A program made the translations under genes and the position numbers. The notes under the pieces are model-generated. The model searched no databases. It saw nothing but the letters and a program-made list of their open reading frames with translations, and had not been told where the DNA came from. A DNA stretch of 64,000 nucleotides from NCBI GenBank assembly GCA_043228905.1, contig JBHGNT010000010.1, positions 21,638,001 through 21,702,000 on the forward strand, written 5' to 3'. Of this stretch, positions 23,245 to 33,773 are shown piece by piece (position 1 is the first letter of the stretch; every line of letters begins with the position of its first letter). The DNA is from Azolla caroliniana. Lineage: Eukaryota > Plantae > Polypodiophyta.

Positions 23245-26200
23245 ATGGACACCGTAAAAGATCCTGTAAAATGGCCTTACTTCGATCCTGAGTATGAAAC
23301 ACTCAGTCAGCGAATCAATCCTCCCAAGTATGTTTGATTTAATAATAGATTGAACTCAGTTAACTTTTCTGGTTCTTCAATTTCTGCAAGAAAAGTAACC
23401 GTATTATTTTATCTGTCGTCTGCTTTGACTGTTTCTCCTTTCTGGGTTTTAATTAGTTTGTGGTTCCCATGTTCAATTGAAATTCGTTCAGAGTTTTGTT
23501 TTTGGAATTTATGTATGTTTTGTTTATCTGGTTAGATTGTTGATCATGTTGGGTTAGTGGTCAGATGTTTAATTCCTCGGTCAATTAATTTCACTCCGGA
23601 ATGTTTTTTTTGTAATTTATGTGTGTTTTGCGTGTCTTATTAGATTGTTGATTATGTTGGGGTATTAGTTAGATTGTCGATCATTTCTGGATATTGGTTA
23701 GATTGTTAACCCCCATGTTTAATCGAGTTCAGCTAGAGTGTTAGTTTGAATTTGGATTTTTTTAAAATTTATGTCTTAGGTAGGTTGGTTATGATGTTTG
23801 ATTACCTATTATAAATTGAACGACCCTTGTCTGTTTGAAATCAATCAGAACATTTGGTTGAATTTCTGCAAGAAAGTGTTTCTTGGTGGTTAGATTGGTA
23901 ACCATATCTGGTTACTGGATATATTGTTAATCTGTGTTTAATTCATGTCAGTAAGAGTGCTAGTTTGAATGGCTGGTTATATTGTTTATTATATTTAGCT
24001 GCTTGTTTGATCAGCCGGATAAGAATTAACAAGAATCAAAAGTAGGGTTTTACATACACACACTTACACAAACATATATGTGAGTTGTATTTTAGAATGG
24101 CTATGACATTCTTCGAGCTTTTTGTAGTTTGAGCTCTTAATTTATATATTTTCTCTATTTTAACCAAAGATACTTTAATTTATATTGCTTGTTAAATCGT
24201 TCACCTAACTAAAAATCTTCAGATATTTTCTTGTGGCAGGGTGGTCATAGACAATGAATCTTCTGAGAGATTCACTTTGGTTAAGGTATATTTGTCTCTG
24301 TCGTATCTTTCCTTGACAACCTTATTTACATTACTGAATTCTTTTTGGCACTTGCTAATCAATGATGATGAAGCTCATTATGTCTCGCCATGGATTTATG
24401 CATGTAAATATGTATTTGATTGAGTTGTCCCATCTCTCATGGCATGTTTTCCTCTTTGTCTTTTACTTGCTGAGTATAGATTTGACTGCATGGGATGCAT
24501 ATGGCATGTAAGGAATAATGGTACTGGTGTTGTGTGCTAAATCAGGTCGATAGTGCAAACAAGCATGGAATTCTTCTAGAGGTTGTTCAAGTCCTCACAG
24601 ATCTTGACCTCACCATCTATAAGGCATATATATCATCTGATGGTGGCTGGTTTATGGATGGTCTGAACACCCTCCTCGTTCTTGCCTCGTCTGTTTTCCC
24701 TTGAGAAAAATTACAGTATTGTTTTCCTAACTGTTGTTTCACCTCTCTTTCCAGTCTTCCATGTGACCGACCAACTTGGACACAAGGTTACTGATGAACG
24801 TTTGGTTGAGTATATACAACAGGTTCTCCCCCTTCTTTGTCCCTCATTCATTTGAATTATATACGGTTCTATATTGTCAGAACTTACTTTTGTGTCCATC
24901 GATTAATTCTCAATATTATACATATTAATGTGTTTGTCTTACGCACATCTTAAAAAAAGTTGTAATTTTGTGTCCATTACGTACATCTGAATAAAAGTTG
25001 TAATTTTTTGTCCATTTATATCGACAGTCTCTAGGTGCAAAAAGATCATCAACAAACCCAGAAGTGCGGACTTGTTTGGGTCGAACTGTCGGTGTACAAT
25101 CAATGGGTGAACATACTGCTATAGAAATGATTGGTTCAGATCGGCCTGGTGTGTTATCAGAGATATTTGCAGTACTTACAAACCTAAGGTGTAATATAGT
25201 TGCTGCAGAGGTTTGGACACACAATGCAAGGTTAGCTTGCGTTGTGTATGTCACCGACGATACTGATTTCATCCCCATTGAGGATGATGAGAGGCTTTCT
25301 ATGATTAAAGAGCAGCTTTGCAATGTGCTGAAAGTACCCGAAGATAGGAAAGGTGTGAAAACTGATTTTTCAGTTGGTCTCACTCATACCGATAGGAGGC
25401 TACATCAAATGATGTATGCTGATAGGGACTATGAAGGATCTAATCTCGGATTGAATAGAGATAGAGGCATAAGACCACACATTACAATTGAGTACTGCAA
25501 AGAGAAAGAGTATTCTGTTGTGAATGTCCGATGCGAAGACCGTCCAAAACTGTTATTTGATACTGTGTGCACTCTTACAGACATGCAGTATGTCGTCTTC
25601 CATGGGACTATAGATTCAGATGGGCCGAAGGCAATACAGGTATGCATAAGAAATAATTTTCATGGTCTGTTCCTACAATGTTTTATAATGGTTATGGCTT
25701 ACGGAGGAGTATTAAAAAGTCCAGAGACCTAGGTTTTCATCGTTACTGATAGAACTAGCAATGATTTGTATATAGACCTCGAGTTCCCTGTTTACATAGA
25801 CAGCCAGATGGTTCAGGATTCCGTGGTTATAGAAAGAGCTAGCTATGGAAAACCTAGAGTTTCATTGCCATGTCAAAGGGTAGTTATGGCAACACTTAGA
25901 CCTAGGGTTTCATTAAATTCTAGCTATGGTTGGGACTCGAGACGTGGAACATAGGTGGTAGGGTTTCACGGTTTATATATATATATAGGATTGGCTATGG
26001 TCTGGATATTAAGATCTAGAAATATGTATGGTGTTATATAAAGGTATATGGCCTTTACAATGGGTCAAAACCCTGGAGTTTCATGGTTATGCGATATGCT
26101 AGAAATGTTCTAGACATAGACATAGGGTTTCATGGTTATATAAAGGTCTATCTATGGTCTAGATTCTGGACATAAGACCCAAGGGTTTTGACAGTTATAT

Positions 26201-26939
26201 GAAGGGCTAGCAATTGTATACATGAAAGTCCCATTGTTCTATAAAACCTGTTCAATTCTCTATACACACAATACAGAAGTTTTGTGGTATATTGCCTTTT
26301 CCCTTGAGAAAATTACTTCTGACCTATGACAACCCATTCACATATGCAATGCAGGAATATTATATTCGCCATATGGATGGACGCACTCTAGATACAGAGG
26401 TAGAGAAACAGAGAGTTATCCGGTGCCTTGAGGCAGCCATTGAAAGAAGGGCTACTCAGGTAAGGGTGTGTTAAATATATTATAGTGTCCTAACTATTAT
26501 CGAAAAAACGTTAATTCCACTGTTGCATTACACTATGGGTTACATAAGTTTGTTTCTTTATGGGATCCTTCAACAGGGTGTAAGACTTGAGCTGTGCACT
26601 AGCGATAGAATCGGTTTGTTATCAGATGTTACACGTATCTTCCGTGAGAATGGCTTATCAGTATCACAAGCAGGCGTGAACACGCAAGGTGATAAGGCGA
26701 TCTGTACATTCTGTGTCACTGATGTATCGGGAGCCCCTGTGGACATGAAAACTATAGAGGTGATTCGGAATCAGATAGGAAAACAAATACTACAAATCAA
26801 AGATGTGCCGAAACTCAACCGGGCTTATACTAACAGTGGACATGACCATAATCATGACCGACCCATGTTCTTCTCCATTGGCAACCTCATTAAATCTCAA
26901 TGGGAACGCATCTCATCAAATTTGAGTGCGGTGAAGTAG
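23245..26939 (+). CDS. ACR3: ACT domain repeat protein (ACR3-like), 7 coding exons: 23245-23327, 24240-24285, 24546-24660, 24755-24822, 25028-25639, 26355-26459, 26577-26939; 463 aa
   Basis: GT-AG introns keep the frame. [66 protein letters not shown] and [11 protein letters not shown] mark four ACT repeats. Confidence 0.93.
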
Positions 26940-28608
26940 TGTTTCATCTAAAAATTGAACTGTGCAAGAAAGAATAGAGAGATGTGAGTATGTGATGAGA
27001 AGTCGAATCATAACAAATGTTCATTGAACTAACTTACTTAGATTCACGGGTCATGATGGGAAGATCTAAGCCTTTCGACACATACATATGCAAGCTACTT
27101 GCAATATGGAGAATGAAATTAGTTAAATGTTAAGTTGTGCTTCATGTCTCTCTATCAGAAAGTTCTTGTACAACATATCCTTCAAAACAAGTTTTTGAAG
27201 TTGGAGCAAGGTTAATGTTATAGCATTTTGTTGTGTTTTGTTTTTGGTGGTCATCAAGAATGCTATCATTCAAACTCCAATCCATAATGATAAGGCTAAC
27301 AACATAAATTTGGAACCAAATAAAACTAATAATGGAATAATCCAACATTGTTGATCTCATCGATGAAGTATTTCTCAACCATGGATCCAATGGATCACTT
27401 CAGGACTAGACCCCTTTGACATAGATTGCTCAATATCAAAGGGAATTCCTTGACAAAATCAACTACACATACCGGAGGGTATCAAGGTGTAAACACTATT
27501 GGCAGAAGAGGTGTTAAAAAATCTGACTTTGTTCCGCTAAAGAATGCCAGCTCTCTATCACTTGTAACAACTCATTCAATCTAGTTCAAGTGTAGGAAAT
27601 GATGTGTTAAATGTTCATTGACTCTGAATTGGCTCGGGAGTTTGTTTGATATGTTTAATTTCTTGAGAAGGTGTATGCTTAGAGGAAAACAAGGAAGACT
27701 CCTAGTGCATGGTAGGATATGATGAGTCATGACTCAGGAGTAAATGGCTATTTAGTAAGTGCTTGATGTACAACGCCATTGTTGGTGTGATGTGCATATT
27801 CTCCCTTGGTTCTAGCTTTAAGTTTCATTTTTCACATGAGTCCATACGCATTCATCCACTTATCTACCTTGCGTTTTCAATCTTATATCATCAATATCTT
27901 TTTTGACTAAATCTCTTTCAAAAAGCTTTCTATCCCCATGAGAACCCATGTTTATTTGCCCATCAGAAAGGTAACTTTGCCAGCTTCCAAATCTCATGTT
28001 CTAGTAGTGGTAATGAAATTGAGAAATTGCCAAATATTAGGGAAACGACAATGGGAAATATACTAAAATATTGCTTCTAAGAATCAGACATGGAAAAAAG
28101 ATTGCGTGTTTGTTTGTTTGATCAATGTTGAGGCTCCTAATCACTTGACACATAACAAGGAAAACTAATAAGCAACAACAAGCACACTATATATTAGAAA
28201 ATATATTCGCTTAGTTTCCTAATAATTTTAACCAATTTCCTAATCACAAGGAAAGGAATCAAAAAAGTATAATGACTGATTGAGGTTGGTCAAAGCAAAT
28301 TCGACCAAGAAGGTCATTCGGCTTTTTCTTATAAAAAATGCAAATAGCAATCAGAATATTGTGATAAGTAGATCACTTATTTAACCTTCATAATCTCACA
28401 TAGTAATGATGTCTCGCAGTCTCAAAATTGTAGTTGCGATTAGGAGCCAACTTGGACCCGGCATATGTGCACGTAAGTTTGAAGAAATTTCTCATGCATG
28501 CGAGAATACTGCTACTAAATTTCCTGATCGCGTTTAGACATGAAAATGATTGAATTAGATGGAAAAACAGAATGAAAGTGTAACAAGTTGGGATGCAGAA
28601 AGGTTGTA

Positions 28609-31227
28609 ATGTTGTTGCCTTCTGAAAAGTTAAAGAAAAAAAATGGGAAGGAGTCAATCTTCACTTTTGTGGCCTTGCTCAAGGCATGTGCAAAAGAAAA
28701 GAACCTTTGCAAGGGTAAAAGGATACATGAGGATATCCTCAGCAGAGGTTTGCTTCAAGAAAAGAATCCTCATCTCTCAACGAGTTTAATCAACATGTAT
28801 GCAAAATGTGGTCTTCTGGCAAAGGCCCATGAATTGCTAGAAAGGTTTTCTCCTCAAAGTGTGGTGTCTTGGTCGGCATTGATTGCTGGTTATGTGGGAT
28901 GTGAATGTGGTGTCGAAGCATTAGAATGCTTCAAGTTGATGCGGAATCAAGGTATCTCGCCAGACTCGATCATTTTTACTTGCATTCTGAAGGCATGTGG
29001 CATTGAAAGGGATCTTGACCATGGCCAAGGAGTTCATCATGAGATTGTGTCCATGGGATTCATGGAGAATGATGTCATGCTTGGTAATGCTTTGGTGGAT
29101 ATGTATGCCAAATGTGACTTGCTCTCACAAGCACATCAAGTTCTCGGAAAACTACCAATTCGGAATGTAGTCACGTGGAATACACTCATCTCGGGATATG
29201 CACAACAATCCCGATATTGTCATAAGGCACTTAACTGTCTTGGACAAATGCAAAGCGAGGGAATCACCCCCAATGGTGTGACCTTTATATGTGTCTTGAA
29301 GGCAATTGGTAGCTTAGGAGACGTAAACAAAGGTAAAGAAATCCATGATGAGATTGTAGATAGGAACTTGCTCGAGAAGGATATTGTGCTTGGCAATGCT
29401 TTGGTGGACATGTATGTCAAATGTGGTCTGCTTTCCAAGGCAAAACAAATGCTTGAAAAGCTTCCTATGCGAGATGTGATCTCTTGGTCTTCATTAATTA
29501 CTGGGTATACACATCATAGACAATGCTATGAAGCACTCAGCTGTTATGAACAAATGCGAAGTGAGGGCCTCTGCCCAAACGTGGTCACCTTTGTTAGCAT
29601 CTTGAAGGCTTGTGCTAGTTTGGAAGATATAGAAAAGGGCAAACAAATCCATGAAGAGATTGTTGAGAGGGGCTTTCTGGAGAAAGAACTTCTGATCGCA
29701 AATGCTCTGGTGGACATGTATGCCAAAAGTGGCCTGATTGTGAAAGCACGAGAAGTGCTTGAAGAACTCCATATCCGAGATGTAGTCTCTTGGAATGCAC
29801 TCATTTCAGGATATTGCCAACAAGGCCAATGTGATGAAGCTTTGAATTGCTCAAAGCACATGGAAAGGGAAGGCCTATCTCCGAATGCAATTACCTTCAT
29901 TTGCATCTTAAATGCTTGTGGTAGAATGGGGTTCATAAATAAGGGAAAACAATTGCATGAAGACATCGTAACGAGGGGCTGGTTAGAGAAGGATAATGTT
30001 ATCAGATGTGCTATAGTCAATATGTATGCAAAGTGTGGTATGCTTCTAAGAGCACAACAAGTACTTGATGAGTTTCATGTGCGAACTTTAGTTGCTTGGA
30101 ATGCCTTAATTGCAGGGTATACACAACAGGGGCAAGGGCACGAGGCCTTCAAGTGTCTTGAGCGCATGCGAGGCGAGGGCCTCTCCCCAAATGTCATCAC
30201 TTTGACTAGCATTTTGAAAGCATGTGGGAGCGTGAATGCTATATATAAGGGCAAACAAATTCATGAGGAGATTGTGAACAAAGGATTTCTGGAGAAGGAT
30301 ATACGTATTAACACCACTGCAGTAGATATGCATACCGGCGCATACTCTCAACAAGGACAAAGTTATGAAAATATTCCTTACCTGGCTACAACTTTAATCA
30401 GTATGTATTCCAAATGTGGGATGGTTGCAAAGGCACAAGAAGTGCTTGAAAAACTTCCCAGTCGAAATGTAGACACTTGGAATTCATTAATTGCAGGATA
30501 CGCCCAACAGGGGCAATGTCATGAAGCATTGGATTGTCTTGAATGGATGGAAAGTGAGGGGCATTTTGCTAATGCAATGACATTTAGTAGTGTATTGAAG
30601 GCTTGTGGCAACACTGGAGCTATAGAAAAGGGAAAGCATGCTCATGGAATGATTGTGAGTAAAGGGTTGCTAGAGAAGGATATTGTGCTTGGTAACGGTT
30701 TAATTGATATGTATGCTCGATGTGGGGTGCTAGCAAAAGCACAAGAAGTGCTTGAAGAGCTTCCTTTCAGGAATAAGGTCTCGTGGTCTGCATTGATTTC
30801 AGGGTATGCTCAACATGGCCAGGGTCATAAAGCATTGGAATGTTTTGAAAGGATGCAAACAGAAGGTCTGTCTCCTGATGAAATTACATTTGTGTGTGTT
30901 TTAAGTGCATGTAGTCACTCAGGATTATTGAATGAAGCCAAGATAGTTTTCCAGAATATGACCAGGGAGTTCAGCATTACTCCAAATGTAGAGCACATTA
31001 CATGCATGCTGGTGAGCCTTGGATGTGCTGGACAAATTGATAAGGCTATGTTGACAGTTAGAGTAATACCATCTTATAACAGAAATGGTGAAGTTTGGCT
31101 TTCCCTATTAGGTGCTTGTAGAAAATGGGGAAATACAAGGCTTGGCAGGTTGGCATTTCGCTATGCAGTACAGCTGGAGCTGAACATAAATGAACTGATC
31201 AAGGGCCAGGTTTTCAGTCTTACATAA
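28609..31227 (+). CDS. PLS-class pentatricopeptide repeat protein with truncated E domain, no DYW; N-terminus uncertain
   Basis: Repeating L (36 aa), S (31 aa) and P (35 aa) motifs, ending with FVCVLSACSHSG...WLSLLGACRKWG. First in-frame ATG at 28609, with an in-frame stop at 28573. Confidence 0.88.
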   Translation: MLLPSEKLKKKNGKESIFTFVALLKACAKEKNLCKGKRIHEDILSRGLLQEKNPHLSTSLINMYAKCGLLAKAHELLERFSPQSVVSWSALIAGYVGCECGVEALECFKLMRNQGISPDSIIFTCILKACGIERDLDHGQGVHHEIVSMGFMENDVMLGNALVDMYAKCDLLSQAHQVLGKLPIRNVVTWNTLISGYAQQSRYCHKALNCLGQMQSEGITPNGVTFICVLKAIGSLGDVNKGKEIHDEIVDRNLLEKDIVLGNALVDMYVKCGLLSKAKQMLEKLPMRDVISWSSLITGYTHHRQCYEALSCYEQMRSEGLCPNVVTFVSILKACASLEDIEKGKQIHEEIVERGFLEKELLIANALVDMYAKSGLIVKAREVLEELHIRDVVSWNALISGYCQQGQCDEALNCSKHMEREGLSPNAITFICILNACGRMGFINKGKQLHEDIVTRGWLEKDNVIRCAIVNMYAKCGMLLRAQQVLDEFHVRTLVAWNALIAGYTQQGQGHEAFKCLERMRGEGLSPNVITLTSILKACGSVNAIYKGKQIHEEIVNKGFLEKDIRINTTAVDMHTGAYSQQGQSYENIPYLATTLISMYSKCGMVAKAQEVLEKLPSRNVDTWNSLIAGYAQQGQCHEALDCLEWMESEGHFANAMTFSSVLKACGNTGAIEKGKHAHGMIVSKGLLEKDIVLGNGLIDMYARCGVLAKAQEVLEELPFRNKVSWSALISGYAQHGQGHKALECFERMQTEGLSPDEITFVCVLSACSHSGLLNEAKIVFQNMTREFSITPNVEHITCMLVSLGCAGQIDKAMLTVRVIPSYNRNGEVWLSLLGACRKWGNTRLGRLAFRYAVQLELNINELIKGQVFSLT

Positions 31228-31911
31228 CATCGTACGAGGCCAACTAATCACAGGCGTCACTATATTACCGGCACTATTCAAGATATTTCCTTAACACTGG
31301 CTGTGAGAGATGGCCATTGACAGACAGACTTCCAAGCAAGGGCTTTGATGCATATGCCAGCATCCAAAGGGTCATGGTACTTGGCATCTGCACACACGCA
31401 GATTAGATATAGACAATCTACCACTTTCTCTATATGGCTTAATCTCACAATTAACCTAACTCTTCAGAGGAATAAGCTAGATATCATCAGACTATCTATG
31501 GAGGATCTATATACATATTAGAAACATGGATCGTACCAAGCACCCGTACAAGAGTTAACATCTTAAGAATCATTTCACTGCATGCATTCAGATCATTGTC
31601 ATGGATCTATAAGAAACCTAGACCTTCAGGTTTTGTTTCAGTTTGGATAACTTGAGTTCACCTATATTTGTAGTTATAATTTGTTTCATCAGTTCATTTC
31701 GCTTGTACTGGAGCACCATTTGCTTGTGCTCTGGTTCTTCAGCGCCTAATGTGCTTGCCCTTTCCCCTTTTTTTGGCTTTTAAGTCTGCCCAAGCGATCA
31801 CACTTGCATACCTTGATAGGTTATCCAGCTATGAATTTGCCACCAAGCCTATTCAATTTACCTTGGTTATTAAATCATGTAACAACTATTGAATCTTACA
31901 TTACGTAAGCA

Positions 31912-31990
31912 TGTAATGTTACCTTCTATTGTTTACATTAGTATTTGTCTGTAATGTTACCTTTTATTGTTTACATTAGTATTTGTCTGT
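31912..31990. repeat. 38-bp tandem duplication
   Basis: TGTAATGTTACCTT(C/T)TATTGTTTACATTAGTATTTGTC twice. Confidence 0.85.
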
Positions 31991-32783
31991 TACAAAATGT
32001 GAAGCTTACATGACTATTTATCTTCATCTTCCATTGGTTTATCCTCTAGCGTTGCCATTTACGTATCCAAATATCTCAAAAGCTTGATTGTATGATTCCC
32101 AGAAATGTTATCTCCAATAAAAAACTTTTCAAAGACATTCAATGGAATAACATCTTCATATGCATAAGGAACATAAAAAGAGCTCCAAATATTAGTTAGC
32201 GCATATGATTCATTTTGGAAGCTTGAATTATTAAGGCACTTTTCCATGTAGTAATTCAATTTCTTACAACATCTCTTTATATCCCTCATCTTACCAACTG
32301 ATTTGGTGAATGTTCCCAAGAAACTATCACCTTGATGGTGTTAGTATAGAAAACTATTGACAGCAGGCAACGAATATAGTAGATTGATTTATATTTTTAT
32401 CCATCCATAGAGAGGCCAGTATTGACCAATGGAACGTGAGTACCCAAGTTTTCTTAATGTGTGTCACCTTCCTAAGAAGGGATAATCATACTTTGAAGCA
32501 CCAAGTCTCAATGTGTGAATAAGGCATACACATATGAGCTCACCTTCTAGATGTTCTCTTTAATGTGACACCAAGCGATAGTTGGGACATGAGGGTTACT
32601 GAGGTGTAGGTGTGTGGCTGGGTCTAGATGGTAGTCTATGGTGACGCGTTGACTAAAAGTTTTTGCTAGTTCTTGGGTTAAGTGGATGATGGTCTGTGGG
32701 GGCAATGTTGTCGAGGGTGAAAGTGGTGATGGTGTGTTGGAGAGGGTTACAGAAAGATTAGTGTGATGGTTTGGGTGGCTTCC

Positions 32784-32817
<34 letters not shown>

Positions 32818-33240
32818 CGCGCATGCGTGCACACGTGGGGCATGTGTTGAGTACCTTAGGTATTGGGGTCCATGGTACAATTCGAGCTGAGAAACGGGTT
32901 CTTGTTTGATGGTCTTCAGGAACGTCCCCAAGATACCCGTCAATGAGTAGCTTACTCAAGAGTCCCGATGACGTTTACCCAGGCTTGAGAATAGCTAAGA
33001 TTGTGTTTGTGGGACATTACCCAATCATAAACACACGGGTATTCACCCATGCCTTATCTGGCACGGTTTTACCAATATCAAAGTAGCAACGCCTAAATGA
33101 GGTGTAAGCATCATGCATCCAGTAAACGCCTGTGCTACGAACACCACATATCATACATGCAATCATATGCTTGAATTTAAGCCAATATAAATGTATATAT
33201 ACTTCTAGTGTTTTCGCAAACACACTGACACCACCTTTAG

Positions 33241-33741
33241 CATACATATATGATTGATGCAGCAAGCATGTTATTCATAGTCATGCTTAATTTCCCCTGA
33301 ATGGCACATCCTTCTTTGCCTCGTACATCTGTCTAATGTTGTTTTTCCGATCCATGAGCATATCACTCATTAAATTCATTTAATACTCAACAAAGTAGCA
33401 TTCATCATACATATATGATTGATGCAGCAAGCATGTTATTCATAGTCATGCTTAATTTCCCCTGAATGGCACATCCTTCTTTGCCTCGTACATCTGTCTA
33501 ATGTTGTTTTTCCGATCCATGAGCATATCACTCATTAAATTCATTTAATACTCAACAAAGTAGCATTCATCATACATATATGATTGATGCAGCAAGCATG
33601 TTATTCATAGTCATGCTTAATTTCCCCTGAATGGCACATCCTTCTTTGCCTCGTACATCTGTCTAATGTTGTTTTTCCGATCCATGAGCATATCACTCAT
33701 TAAATTCATTTAATACTCAACAAAGTAGCATTCATCATACA
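33241..33741. repeat. Three identical tandem copies of a 165-bp unit
   Basis: Units start with CATACATATATGATTGATGC at 33241, 33406 and 33571. A partial fourth starts at 33736. Confidence 0.95.
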
Positions 33742-33773
33742 ATATCTCACTCATTTAAAGCAGGACCATATTT

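Noticed and set aside
32450-33020. Possible solo LTR with a (GA)n tract between the first two PPR genes
   Set aside because: LTR-like composition, but I could not find matching termini with a TSD.
33241-33741. Possible CRISPR-like array
   Set aside because: Head-to-tail identical 165-bp units with no unique spacers, in a eukaryotic context.
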